From Hypanus sabinus (taxonomy: Eukaryota), in NCBI RefSeq assembly GCF_030144855.1, contig NC_082718.1, positions 5,394,001 through 5,458,000 of the forward strand: DNA of 64,000 bases. The letters are read 5' to 3'. Shown here in pieces: positions 1 to 12,975 of this stretch (position 1 is its first letter; each line of letters opens with the position of its first letter). The notes under the pieces are model-generated. The model did not search any database. It worked only from the letters and a program-made list of their open reading frames with translations, and was not told where the DNA came from. Both the position numbers and the translations under genes were made by a program.

Positions 1-89
1 AGAATTTCTGCTTCCTCAACACTACCTGCTCCTCACCTATCTTCATATTGTCCACAAACCAGGCCACAAAGCATGTTCCATCATCCAAA

Positions 90-350
90 TCACTGATATA
101 CTGCGTAAAAAGAAATGGATCAAACATCAAGCCCTGTGGAACACCACTAGTCACTGGCAGCCAACCAGAAAAGGCCCTCTTTATCCCCACTCTTTTCCTC
201 CTGCCAGTCAGCTAATCTGTTGTCTATGCTAATATCTCTCTTGTAATGCCATGGGCTCTGATCTTGTTGCACAGCCTCATGCGTGGCACCTTGTCAGAAG
301 GTCTTCTGAAAATCCAGATACGTCCCCCATAAATTCTCCTTTGTTTATTC
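90..350 (-). mobile_element. CR1-type LINE RT fragment
   Basis: Reverse strand carries the degenerate 'VTSGVPQG' RT region (ggaacaccactagtcactggcagccaaccagaaaaggcc); the same sequence recurs at about 1090-1150. Confidence 0.6.
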
Positions 351-689
351 TGCTTGTTAATTCCTCACAGAGGCGAGGAAAGCATATGGCATGCTGGCCT
401 TCATCTGTCAGGCATTGAATGCAGGATCTGGGAAGTCATATTGCAGTTAGTACTGAAGAGAATTACCAGGATGTTGACTGGATTTGGGGGCCTCGGTTAC
501 AGGATAGGTTGCAGAGACTAAGACTTCATTCACTGGACCATAGAAGATTGAGGGGTGTGGTAATAGAGGTGGGATACAGAGTAAAAACACATTGTTTTTT
601 TCCCCATGGAAGATGCACTAAAGACAAGATCAGAGGTGACAGATTTTTAAGGGACATTAGTTTCTTCATGCAAACAGAGGTGCATAGAA

Positions 690-1190
690 AGCAACCTCTC
701 CACATCCACCTTACCTAGTCCTTTCAACATTTGGTAGGTTTCGATTAGATACCCCACCCCCCGCATTCTTCTAAATTCCAGTGAGTACAGGCCCAAAGCT
801 GCCAAACACTCCTCATATGTTAACTCCTTCATTCCCAGAATCATCCTTGTGAGACTCCTCTGGATTCTCTCCAATGACAACACATCCTTTCTGAGATGTG
901 GGGCCCAAAACTGTTGACAATACTCCAAGTGTGGTCTGACTAGTGTCTTATAAAGGTTCAGCATTATCTCCTTGTTTTCATATTCTATTCCACTTGAAAT
1001 AAATAACTTTGCCACAAAGCGATCAATTCTACTATCTAAATAATTGACAAACAATGTGAAAAGCAGCAGTCCCAATACTGACCCCTGAGGAACACCACTT
1101 GTCACTGACTGCCAACCAGAAAAGGCCCCTTTTATTCCAACTCGCTGCCTCCTGCCTGAGAGTTTGTCTTGTTAAGAAGCTTTGTGTGTG
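690..1190 (-). mobile_element. CR1 LINE ORF2 fragment (RT and C-terminal region, internally deleted)
   Basis: ORF 647-1105: [15 protein letters not shown]...YKTLVRPHLEYC.QFWAPHLRKDV..LERIQR...LGLYSLEFRRMRG, the canonical CR1 ORF2 motifs. Confidence 0.85.
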
Positions 1191-1480
1191 GCAGCTTATC
1201 AAGGGGATGATAGTGTTAAACGCTGATCTGTAATTAATCAACAGCACCTTGGCATAGGTATTGCTGTTGTCCAGCTGGTCCAAAGGCCAAGGAGACAGCC
1301 AGAGAGAATCTATTTGCTACAGAGCTGTTATTGTGGTAGGCAACTTCCAGCACATCCAGGTCTTTGCTTTGACAGGAGATGGTTCTAGCCATGACCAAAC
1401 ACTCAAAGCACAGTGCTACCAGGCGATAGCTGTTGAGACCGCTCATCCTGTTCTTCTTGCACACCTGAATGATCGATTTC
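1190..1480 (-). mobile_element. Rex1/Babar-type LINE RT fragment
   Basis: YRLVALCFECLVMART...LDVLEVAYHNNSS resembles Rex1 'YRPVALT..MKCFERLV...LDPLQFAYR.NRS'. Confidence 0.6.
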
Positions 1481-2399
1481 ATTTTGAAGTAAGGAGCAAC
1501 CACCATATCATGTAAACCATACATATAACCTGTTAAATCTTAAATATTAACTGTATATTAGAATAAACTTTAGCAGCTAAGGGACAGTTGCAAGTGGACC
1601 ATGAACAGAAAAAGGATGAGTTCTACTGCTTGAGAGCATACTGGCCCTAGTGCACAGGGTTCATGGTTCACAGGCAAGCTTGATTTTAATCCCATGATAC
1701 ACTTGTACAGCTGACGAACTCAATTTCCAACATGAACAGTTAGCTTTACAGGGAAATATTTATCAATATTTTGTGGATGGTAAATAACCTATCACTTGTG
1801 GTAACATAGCATGGAACAGTCTGTATTCCTAGTCTAGTTGCTTTTCACAGATGCGCCATTTCCTTGTGCTTTTTTCTTCCATTTAACCAGTGGTTTGGAA
1901 GGATAATTTCATATCCTGTGTGGTGATCTTCCACACACCTTGGTCTGTGTGACTGGGGTTCACCCGTTTGCAGATCACCATATTCAGTGGTGTTGGAACA
2001 GTACGGAAATTGCAGCTAGGCAGCTGCTAAGGTAATGTGCAGGCAAGAATAATTTAAAGATAGTGTCCAGTCAAGCCAGACAAAGGAGCCCTTTGAGACC
2101 ACAGCTTCCTGTTGTCCTTAAGGCCAAAAGACCATAAGACATCAGAGTGGAATTAAGCCATTTGGTCCATTGGATCTGCTCCATTATTACATATTGAAAT
2201 CCCCCATGAGTGTCAGAACATTGCCCTTCTTACATGCATTTGTCAAAATCTCCTATTGTAATTTGTAACCCACATCCTGGCCACTGCTATGAGGCTTTTA
2301 TATAACTCCCATCAGGGTCTTTTTACTCTTGCTGTTTAACTCTACCCACAAGGACTTCACATCTTCCACCACAGCCAAACAAGCAAGTGCACGTGATGA

Positions 2400-3323
2400 T
2401 TGAAGCCCATTGAAAAGTCCGTGGTGGGTCTCATCAGTAAGAACGACGAGTCAGTTTACAGAAAGGAGGTGCAGCAGCTAACGGACTGGCGCAGTGCCAA
2501 CAACCTGTCTCTTAATGTGAACAAAACAAAAGAGACGGTTGTTGACTTCAGGAGGGCACAGAGCGACCACTCCCCACTGAACTTCGACGGCTCCTCGGTA
2601 GAGATCGTTAAAAGCACCAAATTTCTTGGTGTTCACCTGATGGAGAATCTCACCTGGTCCCTCAATACCAGCTCCATAGCAAAGAAAGCTACTTTTTGCA
2701 AAGGCTGAGAAAAGTCCATCTCCCACCCCCCATCCTCATCACATTCTACAGGGGTTGTATTGAGAGAGTCCTGAGCAACTGCATCACTGCCTGGTTCGGA
2801 AATTGCACCATCTTGGATCGCAAGACCCTGCAGCGGATAGTGAGGTCAGCTGAGAAGATCATCGGGGTCTCTCTTCCCGTCATCACGGACATTTACACTA
2901 CACGCTGCATCTGCAGAGGAAACAGCATTATGAAGGACCCCATGCACCCCTCATACAATCTCTTCTCCCTCCTGCCGTCTGGGAAAAGGCTCCGAAGCAT
3001 TCGGGCTCTTACGACCAGACTATTTAACAGTTTCTTCCCCCAAGCTATCAGACTCCTCAATACCCAAAGCCTGGACTGACACCTTGCCCTACTGTCCTGT
3101 TTATTATTTATTGTAATGTCTGCACTGTTTTTGTGCACTTTATGCAGTCCAGTGTAGGTCTGTAGTATAGCTTTCTCTGTTTTTTTTATTACGTAGTTCA
3201 ATCTAGTTTTTTGTACTGTGTCATGTAACACGATGGTCCTGAAAAACGTTGTCTCATTTTTACTATGCACTGTACCAGCAATTATGGTCGAAATGACAAT
3301 AAAAGTTGACTTGACTTGACTTG
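2400..3323 (+). mobile_element. Rex1/Babar LINE, 5'-truncated 3' end with tail
   Basis: NDESVYRKEVQQL..W...NNLSLNVNKTKE.VVDFRR, KFLGVHL, FYRGCIE.VL..CITAWFGNC, HP...FSLLPSGKR, NSFFPQAIRLLN. The 3' UTR ends in caataaaa followed by (gactt)n. Confidence 0.9.
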
Positions 3324-3324
3324 A

Positions 3325-3650
3325 AAGCCCTGAGCTTTTTTGAAACCCCACACCACAAAGCCAAACAATTTGGCATAGAACGAAAAGGGAGCAAAAGAAA
3401 GAGAAACAGAATCATACCAAATGGTGAAGCATCCCGTTAGAATGCTCTCCATGGTACATCTGTAGAGATTTGCAAGCGTCTTTGGTGACATACCAAATCC
3501 CTTCAAACTCTGAATGAACTACAGCTGTTATTGTGCCTTCTTTGTAGCTGCATTGACATACCATTGATGCTCAGAGATATGACACCCAGGAATTGAAATT
3601 GCTCATTCTGATCTGCCTCAGCCAAACAATTTGGCATACAAAGGGTGCAA
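3325..3650 (-). mobile_element. Rex1/Babar fragment
   Basis: GFGMSPKTLANLYRCTMESILTGCFTIWY on the minus strand. Confidence 0.65.
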
Positions 3651-5089
3651 AAGAAGGATTCTTGGGTGACAGATACTAGTGGTCAATTATCCATTCTGAA
3701 GATTATTGGCCTTTAGTGTGTAGATTCTATTGGCTATTAATGTCTGTATTACTGTAGTGTGATTGGCCAATGAATATCCAAAGGGTTACCAATTGGTCAA
3801 CATCTGTATCAAACTAGGCAATTTCTGTATAAAAATAGCATTTTTGTTCAGACCTTAGAACCGTTTGGTGATGGGGACATGCTCGTCTCCTCCTGCACAA
3901 GTAAATGAAGTATGTTTAAGGAAAGAATGCAAATTTTGTGGGTCCAGCTAACCAGTGGTGACAGCCACAGGGAGTTCATTGCCTGTAAGTTGCTGAACAC
4001 TGCCACACACAGGCTGATCTAAGCAATGACAATCACAAGTTATAGTTTAGAAAGAGATTCTTAGCATTAGGGTAAAGATAATGCTGTTTTCTTCTCCTTT
4101 AGACAAGAGTCAAGCTCCAAACCTGATGAGTTTATGATAAACGAGGAGCTGAGTGGGAATTCTAATACATCAAAGACTTAATCTTCAACAAAAGCAACTT
4201 CCAGGAACATGAAGGAAGTGAAGGTCATCTCTAACATGCAGTGACTGTTGGACCTTCGAGCCTGGTCCCTGATGCCAGGTCTGGACTGCTCGTTAGGTTC
4301 TAGTTGAGTGTACATTCTGCTGAAATCATCATGTTGGGATATGCCAGTTCTTTAAGATTGGTCTAGATGGGTGGCTGTAAGTAACAGCTGTGTAAAGACA
4401 CTCAGCACAAGAGTGGAAAGGAGACTTGAGACCAGTGTCAATTCCATACTGGCCTTGGTGGCACATGGCAGTGATAACACCTTTCTGGAGTGGGTAGTGT
4501 ACATGGACAGGAATTAAAGAGACTCTTCCCAGGACTTGGCTTCAAGTCTACCTCAATGCCAAGGTCAGGCAGCAATATCTGTGTGGGCAGAAGATGAACC
4601 AAGGCTTGGACATAGTTGTCAATATGATTAACATTGTTACTGGTGCAGAGAACTTGTCTTCTCAGTTCTCCCAAAAGGGAACAAACAGATTAAATCCTCA
4701 CCTACATTTTCTGCTTCCCATTTGGATCACTAATGTGCGTCCTCCTTCCCAACACTCTTGTGAGGGGGACCTGCAAATCTCTAGATGTCCACGTGAGCAA
4801 AAACGTCCGGTCAAGGATCAGATCAACAGCAATATTAATGTCTTAGTCAGAGACCCACTTTAATGGGTGGGGCAGCACTCGATCCAAATACTTGTTGAAA
4901 GGTTCAGACAACTGTTTGTTTTGTAACTTCAAAACATTAAACTAATTCAAAGGAAGACACAGGAGACCAGGAATGTGGGTCTAACTTTGCATTTACTTTA
5001 ATCGAGGTGCACGCATATCACAAGATAACATGTAGTTCACATAAGTGCAATTTCGAATAAGCAAAGCAGCCTCTTTACTTCATTAACAG

Positions 5090-5500
5090 CTTGCAGATAT
5101 TCAGCATGACATCCACAACTTTGGCAAACTATTATTGATGTGCAGTGGAGCGTACATTAACCAGCTGCGTCACTGCCTGGTATGGGAACACCAAAGGCCT
5201 TGAACAGAAAATGCTACAGAAGGTAGTGGATTAGGTCCAGTACATCATGGATAAAGCCCTCCCAACCATTGAGCACACCTACATGAAACGCTGTCGCAGG
5301 AAAGTAGCATCCATCATCGGAGATCCTCACCACCCAGGCCATGCTCTCTTCTCACTGCTGCCATCAGGTGGAAGGTACAAGAGCCTCAGGACTTGCATCA
5401 CCAGGTTCAAAAACAGTTACATACTACCCCTCAACCATTAGGCTTTTGAATAAAAGGGGATAACCACATTCACTTCCCTCATCATTGAAATGTTCCCACA
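5090..5500 (+). mobile_element. Rex1/Babar 3' fragment
   Basis: IIGDPHHPGHALFSLLPSGGRYKSLRTCITRFKNSY. Confidence 0.75.
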
Positions 5501-5639
5501 ACTTTGTTTGGTTTGGAGGGATACGGCCAAGTGTAGGTCAGTGGGACTAGGCAGAAAAATGGTTCGGCAAAGCCAAGAAGGGCCAAAAGGCCTGTTTCTG
5601 TGCTGTAATGTTCTATGGTTCTATATTTCTAACTAAGGA

Positions 5640-8420
5640 TCTCACTTTAAGGACGCTTAAACTTGGGTTGCACCTGAATCGGGACGGGTTGCACCTGAAC
5701 TGGAAGGGGACTAACATCCTTGCGGGAAGGTTTGCTAGTGCTGCACCGGGGGTTTAAACTAGATTTGCAAGGGGAGGGGAACCAGAGTGCTAGAGCAGAT
5801 AGTGAGGTGGAGGAGGATAAAGATAATGCGAGAACTGCAAGTATTGTGCATGGAGTAAAGCCAGATCTAACATATAAAGAGGCTTTGAGGAAAGAGAAGC
5901 AGAATAAAGGGTGTAAAGGTAGTAAGGTAGAAGGGCTAAAGTGTGTGTACTTCAATGCAAGAAGCATCAGGAACAAAGGTGATGAACTGAGAGCCTGGAT
6001 ACATACATGGAATTATGATGTTGTGGCCTTTACAGAGACTTGGCTGGCACCAGGGCAGGAATGGATAACCAATATTCCTGGATTTCAGTGCTTTAAAAGG
6101 GATAGAGGGGGGGGGAAAGGGGAGGGGGGTGGCATTACTGGTCAGGAATACTATTACAGCTGAAGAAAGGGTGGGTAATGCAGCAGGATCCTCTTTTGAG
6201 TCAGTATGGGTGGAAGTCAGTAACAGGAAGGAAGCATTTACTCCAGGGAGTATTCTATAGGCCCCCTGGTAGCAGCAGAGATACCAAGGAGCAGATTGGG
6301 AGGCAGATTTTGGAAAGGTGCAAAAATAACAGGGTTGTTATCATGGGTGACTTTAACTTCCCTAATATTGATTAGCACTTGATTAGTTCCAATGGTTTAG
6401 AGGGGGCAGAGTTTGTTAAGTGTGTCCAGGACAGATTCCTGTCACAGTATGTTGACAGGCTGACTAGGGGGAATGCCATACTAGATCTACTAATTGGGTA
6501 ACGAACCGGGTCAGGCCACAGATTTTTCAGTGGGTGACCATCTGGGAGATAGTGACCACTACTCCCTGGCCTTTAGCATAATCACGGAAAAGGACAGAAT
6601 CAGAGAGGACAGGAAAAATTTTTTTATTAGGGAAGGGCAAATTATGAGGCTATAAGACTAGAACTTGCGGGTGTGAATTGTGAAGATGTTTTTGCAGGGA
6701 AATGTACTATGGACATTGTGGTTGATGTTTAGGGATCTCTTGCAGGATGTTAGGGATAAATTTGTCCTGGTGAGGAAGATAAAGAATGGTAGGGTGAAGG
6801 AACCATGGGTGACAAGTTAAGTGGAAAATCTAGTCAGGTGGAAGGCAGCAGCATACATGAGGTTTAGGAANNNNNNNNNNNNNNNNNNNNNNNNNNNNNN
6901 NNNNNNNNNNNNNNNNNNNNNNNNNNNNNNNNNNNNNNNNNNNNNNNNNNNNNNNNNNNNNNNNNNNNNNNNNNNNNNNNNNNNNNNNNNNNNNNNNNNN
7001 NNNNNNNNNNNNNNNNNNNNNNNNNNNNNNNNNNNNNNNNNNNNNNNNNNNNNNNNNNNNNNNNNNNNNNAACTGTTGGAAAAGATTCTTCGAGATAAGG
7101 ATCTATTGGCATTTAGAGAATCATGGTCTGATCAGGGACAGTCAGCGTGGCTTTGTGAAGGGCAGATTGTGTCTAATAAGCCTGATAAGAGTTCTTTGAG
7201 GAAGTGACCAGGCATATAGATGAGGGTAGTGCAGTGGATGTGATCTACATGGATTTTAGTAAGGCATTTGACAAGGTACCACACAATAGGCTTATTCAGA
7301 AAGTCAGAAGGCATGGGATCCAGGGAAGTTTGGCCAGGTGGATTCAGAATTGGCTTGCTTGCAGAAGGCAGAGGGTCGTGGTGGAGGGAGTATATTCAGA
7401 TTGGAGGGTTGTGACTAGTGGTGTCCCACAAGGATCTGTTCTGGAACCTCTACTTTTTGTGATTTTTATTAACGATCTGGATGTGGGGGTAGAAGGGTGG
7501 ATTGTCAAGTTTTTTAGACGACACAAAGGTTGGTAGTGTTGTGGATAGTGTAGAGGATTGTCAAAGATTGCAGAGAGACATTGATAGGATGCAGAAGTGG
7601 GCTGAGATGTGGCAGATGGAATTCAACCCGGAGAAGTGTGAGGTGGTACACTTTGGAAGGACAAACTCCAAGGCAGAGTACAGAGTAAATGACAGGATAC
7701 TTGGTAGTGTGGAGGAGCAGAGGGATCTGGGGGTGCATGTCCATAGATTCCTGAAAGTTGCCTCACAGGTAGATAGGGTAGTTAAGAAAGCTTATGAGGT
7801 TGTTAGCTTTCATAAGTCGAGGGATAGAGTTTAGGAGTCGCAATGTAATGATGCAGCTCTATAAAACTCTGGTTAGGCCACACTTGGAGTACTGTGTCTA
7901 GTTTTGGTCGCCTCACTATAGGAAGGAAGTGGAAGAATTGGAAAGGGTACAGAGGAGATTTACCAGGATGCTGTCTGGTTTAGAGAGTACGCATTATGAT
8001 CAGAGATTAAGGGAGCTAGCGCTTTACTCTTTGGAGAGAAGGATGAGAGGAGACATGACAGAGATATACAAGATATTAAGAGGAATAGATAGAGTGGACA
8101 GCCAGCACCTCTTCCCCAGGGCACCACTGCTCAATATAAGAGGACATGGCTTTAAGGTAAGGGGTGGGAAGTTCAAGGGGGATATTAGAGGAAGGTTTTT
8201 CACTCAGAGAGTGGTTGGTGTGTGGAATGCACTGCCTGAGTCAGTGGTGGAGGCAGATACACTAGTGAAATTTAAGAGACTACTAGACAGGTATATGGAG
8301 GAAGTTGAGGTTGGGGGGGGGGGGGTATATGGGAGGCAGGGTTTAGGGGTTAGCACAACATTGTGAGCTGAAGGGCCTGTACTGTACTGTGCTGTGCTGT
8401 ACTATTCTATGTTCTCCCTA
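5640..8420 (+). mobile_element. CR1 LINE: end of ORF1 plus most of ORF2 (APE endonuclease and RT), disrupted, spans a 200-N gap
   Basis: YFNARSIRNKGDEL, ETWL, GVFYRPP, MGDFNFPNID (endonuclease); [32 protein letters not shown] (RT); the 3' end carries ctgta/ctgtg repeats. Confidence 0.92.
6871..7070. other. Assembly gap (N run)
   Basis: 200 N. Confidence 1.
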
Positions 8421-8899
8421 TTTATTTATTTATACAGTATTTGCATTTGCACAGTTTGTTGTCTTCTGCACTCTTGTTGATCTTTCATTGATCCTGTATT
8501 AGTTACTATTCTATTGATTTACTGAGTATGCCCAGAGGAAAACAAATCTGCTCAGGGTTTTAAAGTACATGGTGTACTTTGACATTGTATATGTACTTTG
8601 ATAATAACATTTACTTTGAACTCTATATTTATAACCCTAATGAATTATTTAAACGAATAAGAATGCTTGATCAAACAGTATATTTACAAGATTACTCAAA
8701 TATTACTGAAATATAAATACACACTACCACAGAAATAGTTGATCAGACAAAATACCCCAGTAACACGCTCAAAATGCTGGAGGAACTTAGCAGGCTCGGC
8801 AGCATCTATGGAAAAGAGATTTCCAACATCTGCAGATTTTCACTTGTTTGTGTTTGTCAGTTAGTTTTACTTTCATTTTTTGTTTCGTTGAAATCTATT

Positions 8900-9125
8900 T
8901 TGAACTGCGTTTCTTTACTTCCTGGTGGCGCTGAAAGGAAAGACATGTTGAAGTCTGGCTCTCGGAACAAGAGGGATTCGAGGGTATTAATAACCGACGA
9001 GAGACGATACTACACGATAAATTTTGTGACTATGTTGAAATCGTTAAGTAAAGCAGCATCCGCTGACTGAACTGAGTGGCTCGTTCCAAAGCAGGCGGAA
9101 GAGAAGGTCGGAGCGGTAGGTAATG
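8900..9125 (+). promoter_or_regulatory. Candidate CpG-enriched promoter / non-coding first exon of the IgV-NLR gene
   Basis: Locally CpG-rich, non-repeat sequence with an ETS-like GCGGAAG and donor-like GCG|GTAGGT / AG|GTAATG at 9115-9125. It lies upstream of the signal-peptide exon, which has an acceptor 4 nt before its ATG and so needs an upstream exon. Confidence 0.35.
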
Positions 9126-9224
9126 GCGGGCAAAGAGACGGCAGCAACTTCACTACGTAACTCTAAATTAGTTCAAAGCCCTGCACTTTACACAAATATT
9201 AACGGAACTAATTCTTTTTCTCCC

Positions 9225-11450
9225 TCACCTACCACTGCATGAGCTTCCGCATCCAACACACCATACTCCGCCATCTCCCACGGGTCCCGACCACCAAACA
9301 TATCTNNNNNNNNNNNNNNNNNNNNNNNNNNNNNNNNNNNNNNNNNNNNNNNNNNNNNNNNNNNNNNNNNNNNNNNNNNNNNNNNNNNNNNNNNNNNNNN
9401 NNNNNNNNNNNNNNNNNNNNNNNNNNNNNNNNNNNNNNNNNNNNNNNNNNNNNNNNNNNNNNNNNNNNNNNNNNNNNNNNNNNNNNNNNNNNNNNNNNNN
9501 NNNNNNNNNNNNNNNNNNNNNNNNNNNNNNNNNNNNNNNNNNNNNNNNNNNNNNNNNNNNNNNNNNNNNNNNNNNNNNNNNNNNNNNNNNNNNNNNNNNN
9601 NNNNNNNNNNNNNNNNNNNNNNNNNNNNNNNNNNNNNNNNNNNNNNNNNNNNNNNNNNNNNNNNNNNNNNNNNNNNNNNNNNNNNNNNNNNNNNNNNNNN
9701 NNNNNNNNNNNNNNNNNNNNNNNNNNNNNNNNNNNNNNNNNNNNNNNNNNNNNNNNNNNNNNNNNNNNNNNNNNNNNNNNNNNNNNNNNNNNNNNNNNNN
9801 NNNNNNNNNNNNNNNNNNNNNNNNNNNNNNNNNNNNNNNNNNNNNNNNNNNNNNNNNNNNNNNNNNNNNNNNNNNNNNNNNNNNNNNNNNNNNNNNNNNN
9901 NNNNNNNNNNNNNNNNNNNNNNNNNNNNNNNNNNNNNNNNNNNNNNNNNNNNNNNNNNNNNNNNNNNNNNNNNNNNNNNNNNNNNNNNNNNNNNNNNNNN
10001 NNNNNNNNNNNNNNNNNNNNNNNNNNNNNNNNNNNNNNNNNNNNNNNNNNNNNNNNNNNNNNNNNNNNNNNNNNNNNNNNNNNNNNNNNNNNNNNNNNNN
10101 NNNNNNNNNNNNNNNNNNNNNNNNNNNNNNNCNNNNNNNNNNNNNNNNNNNNNNNNNNNNNNNNNNNNNNNNNNNNNNNNNNNNNNNNNNNNNNNNNNNN
10201 NNNNNNNNNNNNNNNNNNNNNNNNNNNNNNNNNNNNNNNNNNNNNNNNNNNNNNNNNNNNNNNNNNNNNNNNNNNNNNNNNNNNNNNNNNNNNNNNNNNN
10301 NNNNNNNNNNNNNNNNNNNNNNNNNNNNNNNNNNNNNNNNNNNNNNNNNNNNNNNNNNNNNNNNNNNNNNNNNNNNNNNNNNNNNNNNNNNNNNNNNNNN
10401 NNNNNNNNNNNNNNNNNNNNNNNNNNNNNNNNNNNNNNNNNNNNNNNNNNNNNNNNNNNNNNNNNNNNNNNNNNNNNNNNNNNNNNNNNNNNNNNNNNNN
10501 NNNNNNNNNNNNNNNNNNNNNNNNNNNNNNNNNNNNNNNNNNNNNNNNNNNNNNNNNNNNNNNNNNNNNNNNNNNNNNNNNNNNNNNNNNNNNNNNNNNN
10601 NNNNNNNNNNNNNNNNNNNNNNNNNNNNNNNNNNNNNNNNNNNNNNNNNNNNNNNNNNNNNNNNNNNNNNNNNNNNNNNNNNNNNNNNNNNNNNNNNNNN
10701 NNNNNNNNNNNNNNNNNNNNNNNNNNNNNNNNNNNTGAGGCGACACTTCACTTGCGAGTCTTTTGGATTCATTCTACTGAATCTGGTGCTTGGGGTGTGG
10801 CTTCCTGTATATGGGTAAGACCTGACAGATTGGGAGACCACTTCGCAGAGCACCTATGCTCCCTCCACCAGAAAAAGCAGGATTTTCCCGGTTGCCACAC
10901 ACTCCTATTTACTTCCCTTTCCCATTCCGCCATGTCAGTCCATGACTTCCTCTCCTGCCGCGATTAGGTGAAGCCACACACAGGTGGAGGACCAACATAG
11001 TACATTCCGTCTGGGTTGCCTCCAGCCTGATGGCATGTACATCGATTTCTCAAACTTCTGGTAATTGCCCCCAAACCACTTCATCATTCCCCATTTCCAT
11101 TTCACTTTCTCACCTCCCTCTGGTGCTCCTCCCCCCTTCCCTTTCTTCCATGGTCTTCTACCCTCTCCTATCAGTTTCCCTCTTCTCCAGCCTGTTATTG
11201 CTCACACCAATCAACTTCCCAGCTCTTTACTTCACCTCTTCCCTCCTCCCAGTTTCACCTGCCACCTACCACTTTGTACTTCTTCCTCCCCTCCCCCCAC
11301 CACCTTAGACTGACTTCTCATCTTTTTTCCCCGGTCCTGATGAAGGGTTTCGGCCCAAAACGTCAACTGTTTATTCATTTCCATAGACATTGCCTGACTC
11401 GCTGAATTCCTCCAGTACTTTGTAGATTTCCAGCATCTGCAGATTTTCCT
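9225..11450 (+). mobile_element. Penelope-like element 3' region (GIY-YIG endonuclease) and terminal repeat, largely hidden by a gap
   Basis: LGDHFAEHLCSLHQKKQDFP..., RLGCLQPDGMYIDFSNF; followed by a pyrimidine-rich tract and a CTGATGAAGGG..CCCAAAACGTC terminal motif. Confidence 0.8.
9306..10736. other. Assembly gap (N run, one stray base)
   Basis: About 1.43 kb of N. Confidence 1.
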
Positions 11451-11454
11451 CATA

Positions 11455-11830
11455 TTCTGTCTGGGTAGCCTCCAACTTTTTGGCATGAAAATCAATTTCT
11501 CTTCCCAGTAAAAAAAATTCCCTTGCACTCTCTCACTTGCCTGTCACCTCCTCCTGGTGCCCTTCCTCCTGTGGTCCACTATCCTCTCCTACCAGATTCC
11601 TTCCTCTCCAGTCCTTTGTCTTCCCTATCCACCTGGCTTCACCTACCACTTTCTCTATCCTCCTTCCCATTAACCTCACACATTTTTATTCTGGTGTCTT
11701 TCCCCTTGCTTTCCAGTCCTGAAGAAGGGCCTCAGCCCAAAATGTCAACTCTTTATTCATTTCCATACATACTGCCTGACCTGCTGATTTCCTCCAACAT
11801 TTTGTGTGTGTTACTTTGGATTTCCAGTAC
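11455..11830 (+). mobile_element. Penelope-like 3' terminal fragment (second copy)
   Basis: gtctgggtagcctccaac..., then cagtcCTGAAGAAGGGCCTCAGCCC..., then gctgatttcctccaacattttgtgtg. Confidence 0.7.
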
Positions 11831-12389
11831 TTGCAGAACTTCTCATGTTTACCAATGTTGAATGCAGGCCAACAACACAAAGCATGAATTCAATTGTTCC
11901 CTTTGATTTCCGTGAAGCAGAGCAGTTCAGCCTGTTCAGCCAGTTCAGTCAATTGCTCGCCTATAGTGATCCACAGGTGACAGATACAGATCACCCTATT
12001 CTTAAACCTGCGTGTTCTATCTTACTGAAGAACATCTCCCAGACAGCTTCTTACTTGGAAAAGGTCTTTAGTTCGTCATATTATCAATAGGGGCTTCATT
12101 TAATTTCTTTGATCCAGCTATTCCTGAATAAAACCAATTCACAAAACAGTTCACAAAATGGAGATTGCAGAACAATTTCACAAATTGGCGACCTTGATTC
12201 CTTTAACCGTGTGGCAAGTACAGAGTCACTTGGTTTGTCTACTTCCACTGCCCTCGACTGATTCCAGTTAAGCATTTAAATGCTTCCTTCCACACTTTAA
12301 TTCCTTCATGGCCAATGGAGTGTGGGAGAGGAAAGGGGAGGTGATGGAGACGCACAAAACTACACAAGAAACACAAGATAGTGTCTCTT

Positions 12390-12930
12390 AATGACTACTC
12401 TCCAGTGGCTCTAACATCTTCCATCATGAAGTGCTTCAAGAAACTGGTCCTGGCGCACATTTCCACGTAACTTTGACCCAATGCGGTTTGCCTGCAGACC
12501 AATCAGTTTACAGTGGATGGCATCTCCCTGACCCTGCACTCATCTCTGAAGCATCTGGACAGTAAAGGTACCTGTGTCATGATGTGTGGTCAGGTTCTAT
12601 CCTCCCATCTATATAATCGCAGATGATAGCACTGCAGTGGGCCGCATCTCAAATAATGAGCTGGAGTACAGGAAGGACATAGAGAGCTTAGTGAAACAGT
12701 ATTATGACAACAACCTTTCCTTCATTGTCAACAAAAGAATTGGTCATTGGCTTCGGAAGGAAGGGTGGGTGGCAATGCATCTGCTCCTCTCTATCTCAAA
12801 GGTGTTGAGGTTGACAGCTTCATGTTCTAGGAATGAACACCACAAATAGCCTATCCTTACCAACCTCTTTGATATCGTCATCAAGGTGGCTCACCAATGC
12901 CTCTACTTCATTGGAAGACTAAAGAAAGGC
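12390..12930 (+). mobile_element. Rex1/Babar RT fragments
   Basis: aatgactactctccagtggctctaacatc...atgaagtgcttc (NDY.PVALTS..MKCF); ADDSTAVGRISNNELEYRKDIESLV. Confidence 0.7.
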
Positions 12931-12975
12931 TCTCTGGTCTATAATTATCCAGATGCTGTGGTCAAATCAACATGT

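Noticed and set aside
3660-3970. CCAAT/TATA-containing LTR-like segment
   Set aside because: No convincing termini or TSD, and no associated exon.
9225-10853. 500-aa ORFs in the track (also 15113-15785 and 6821-7207)
   Set aside because: They consist of X residues across assembly gaps.
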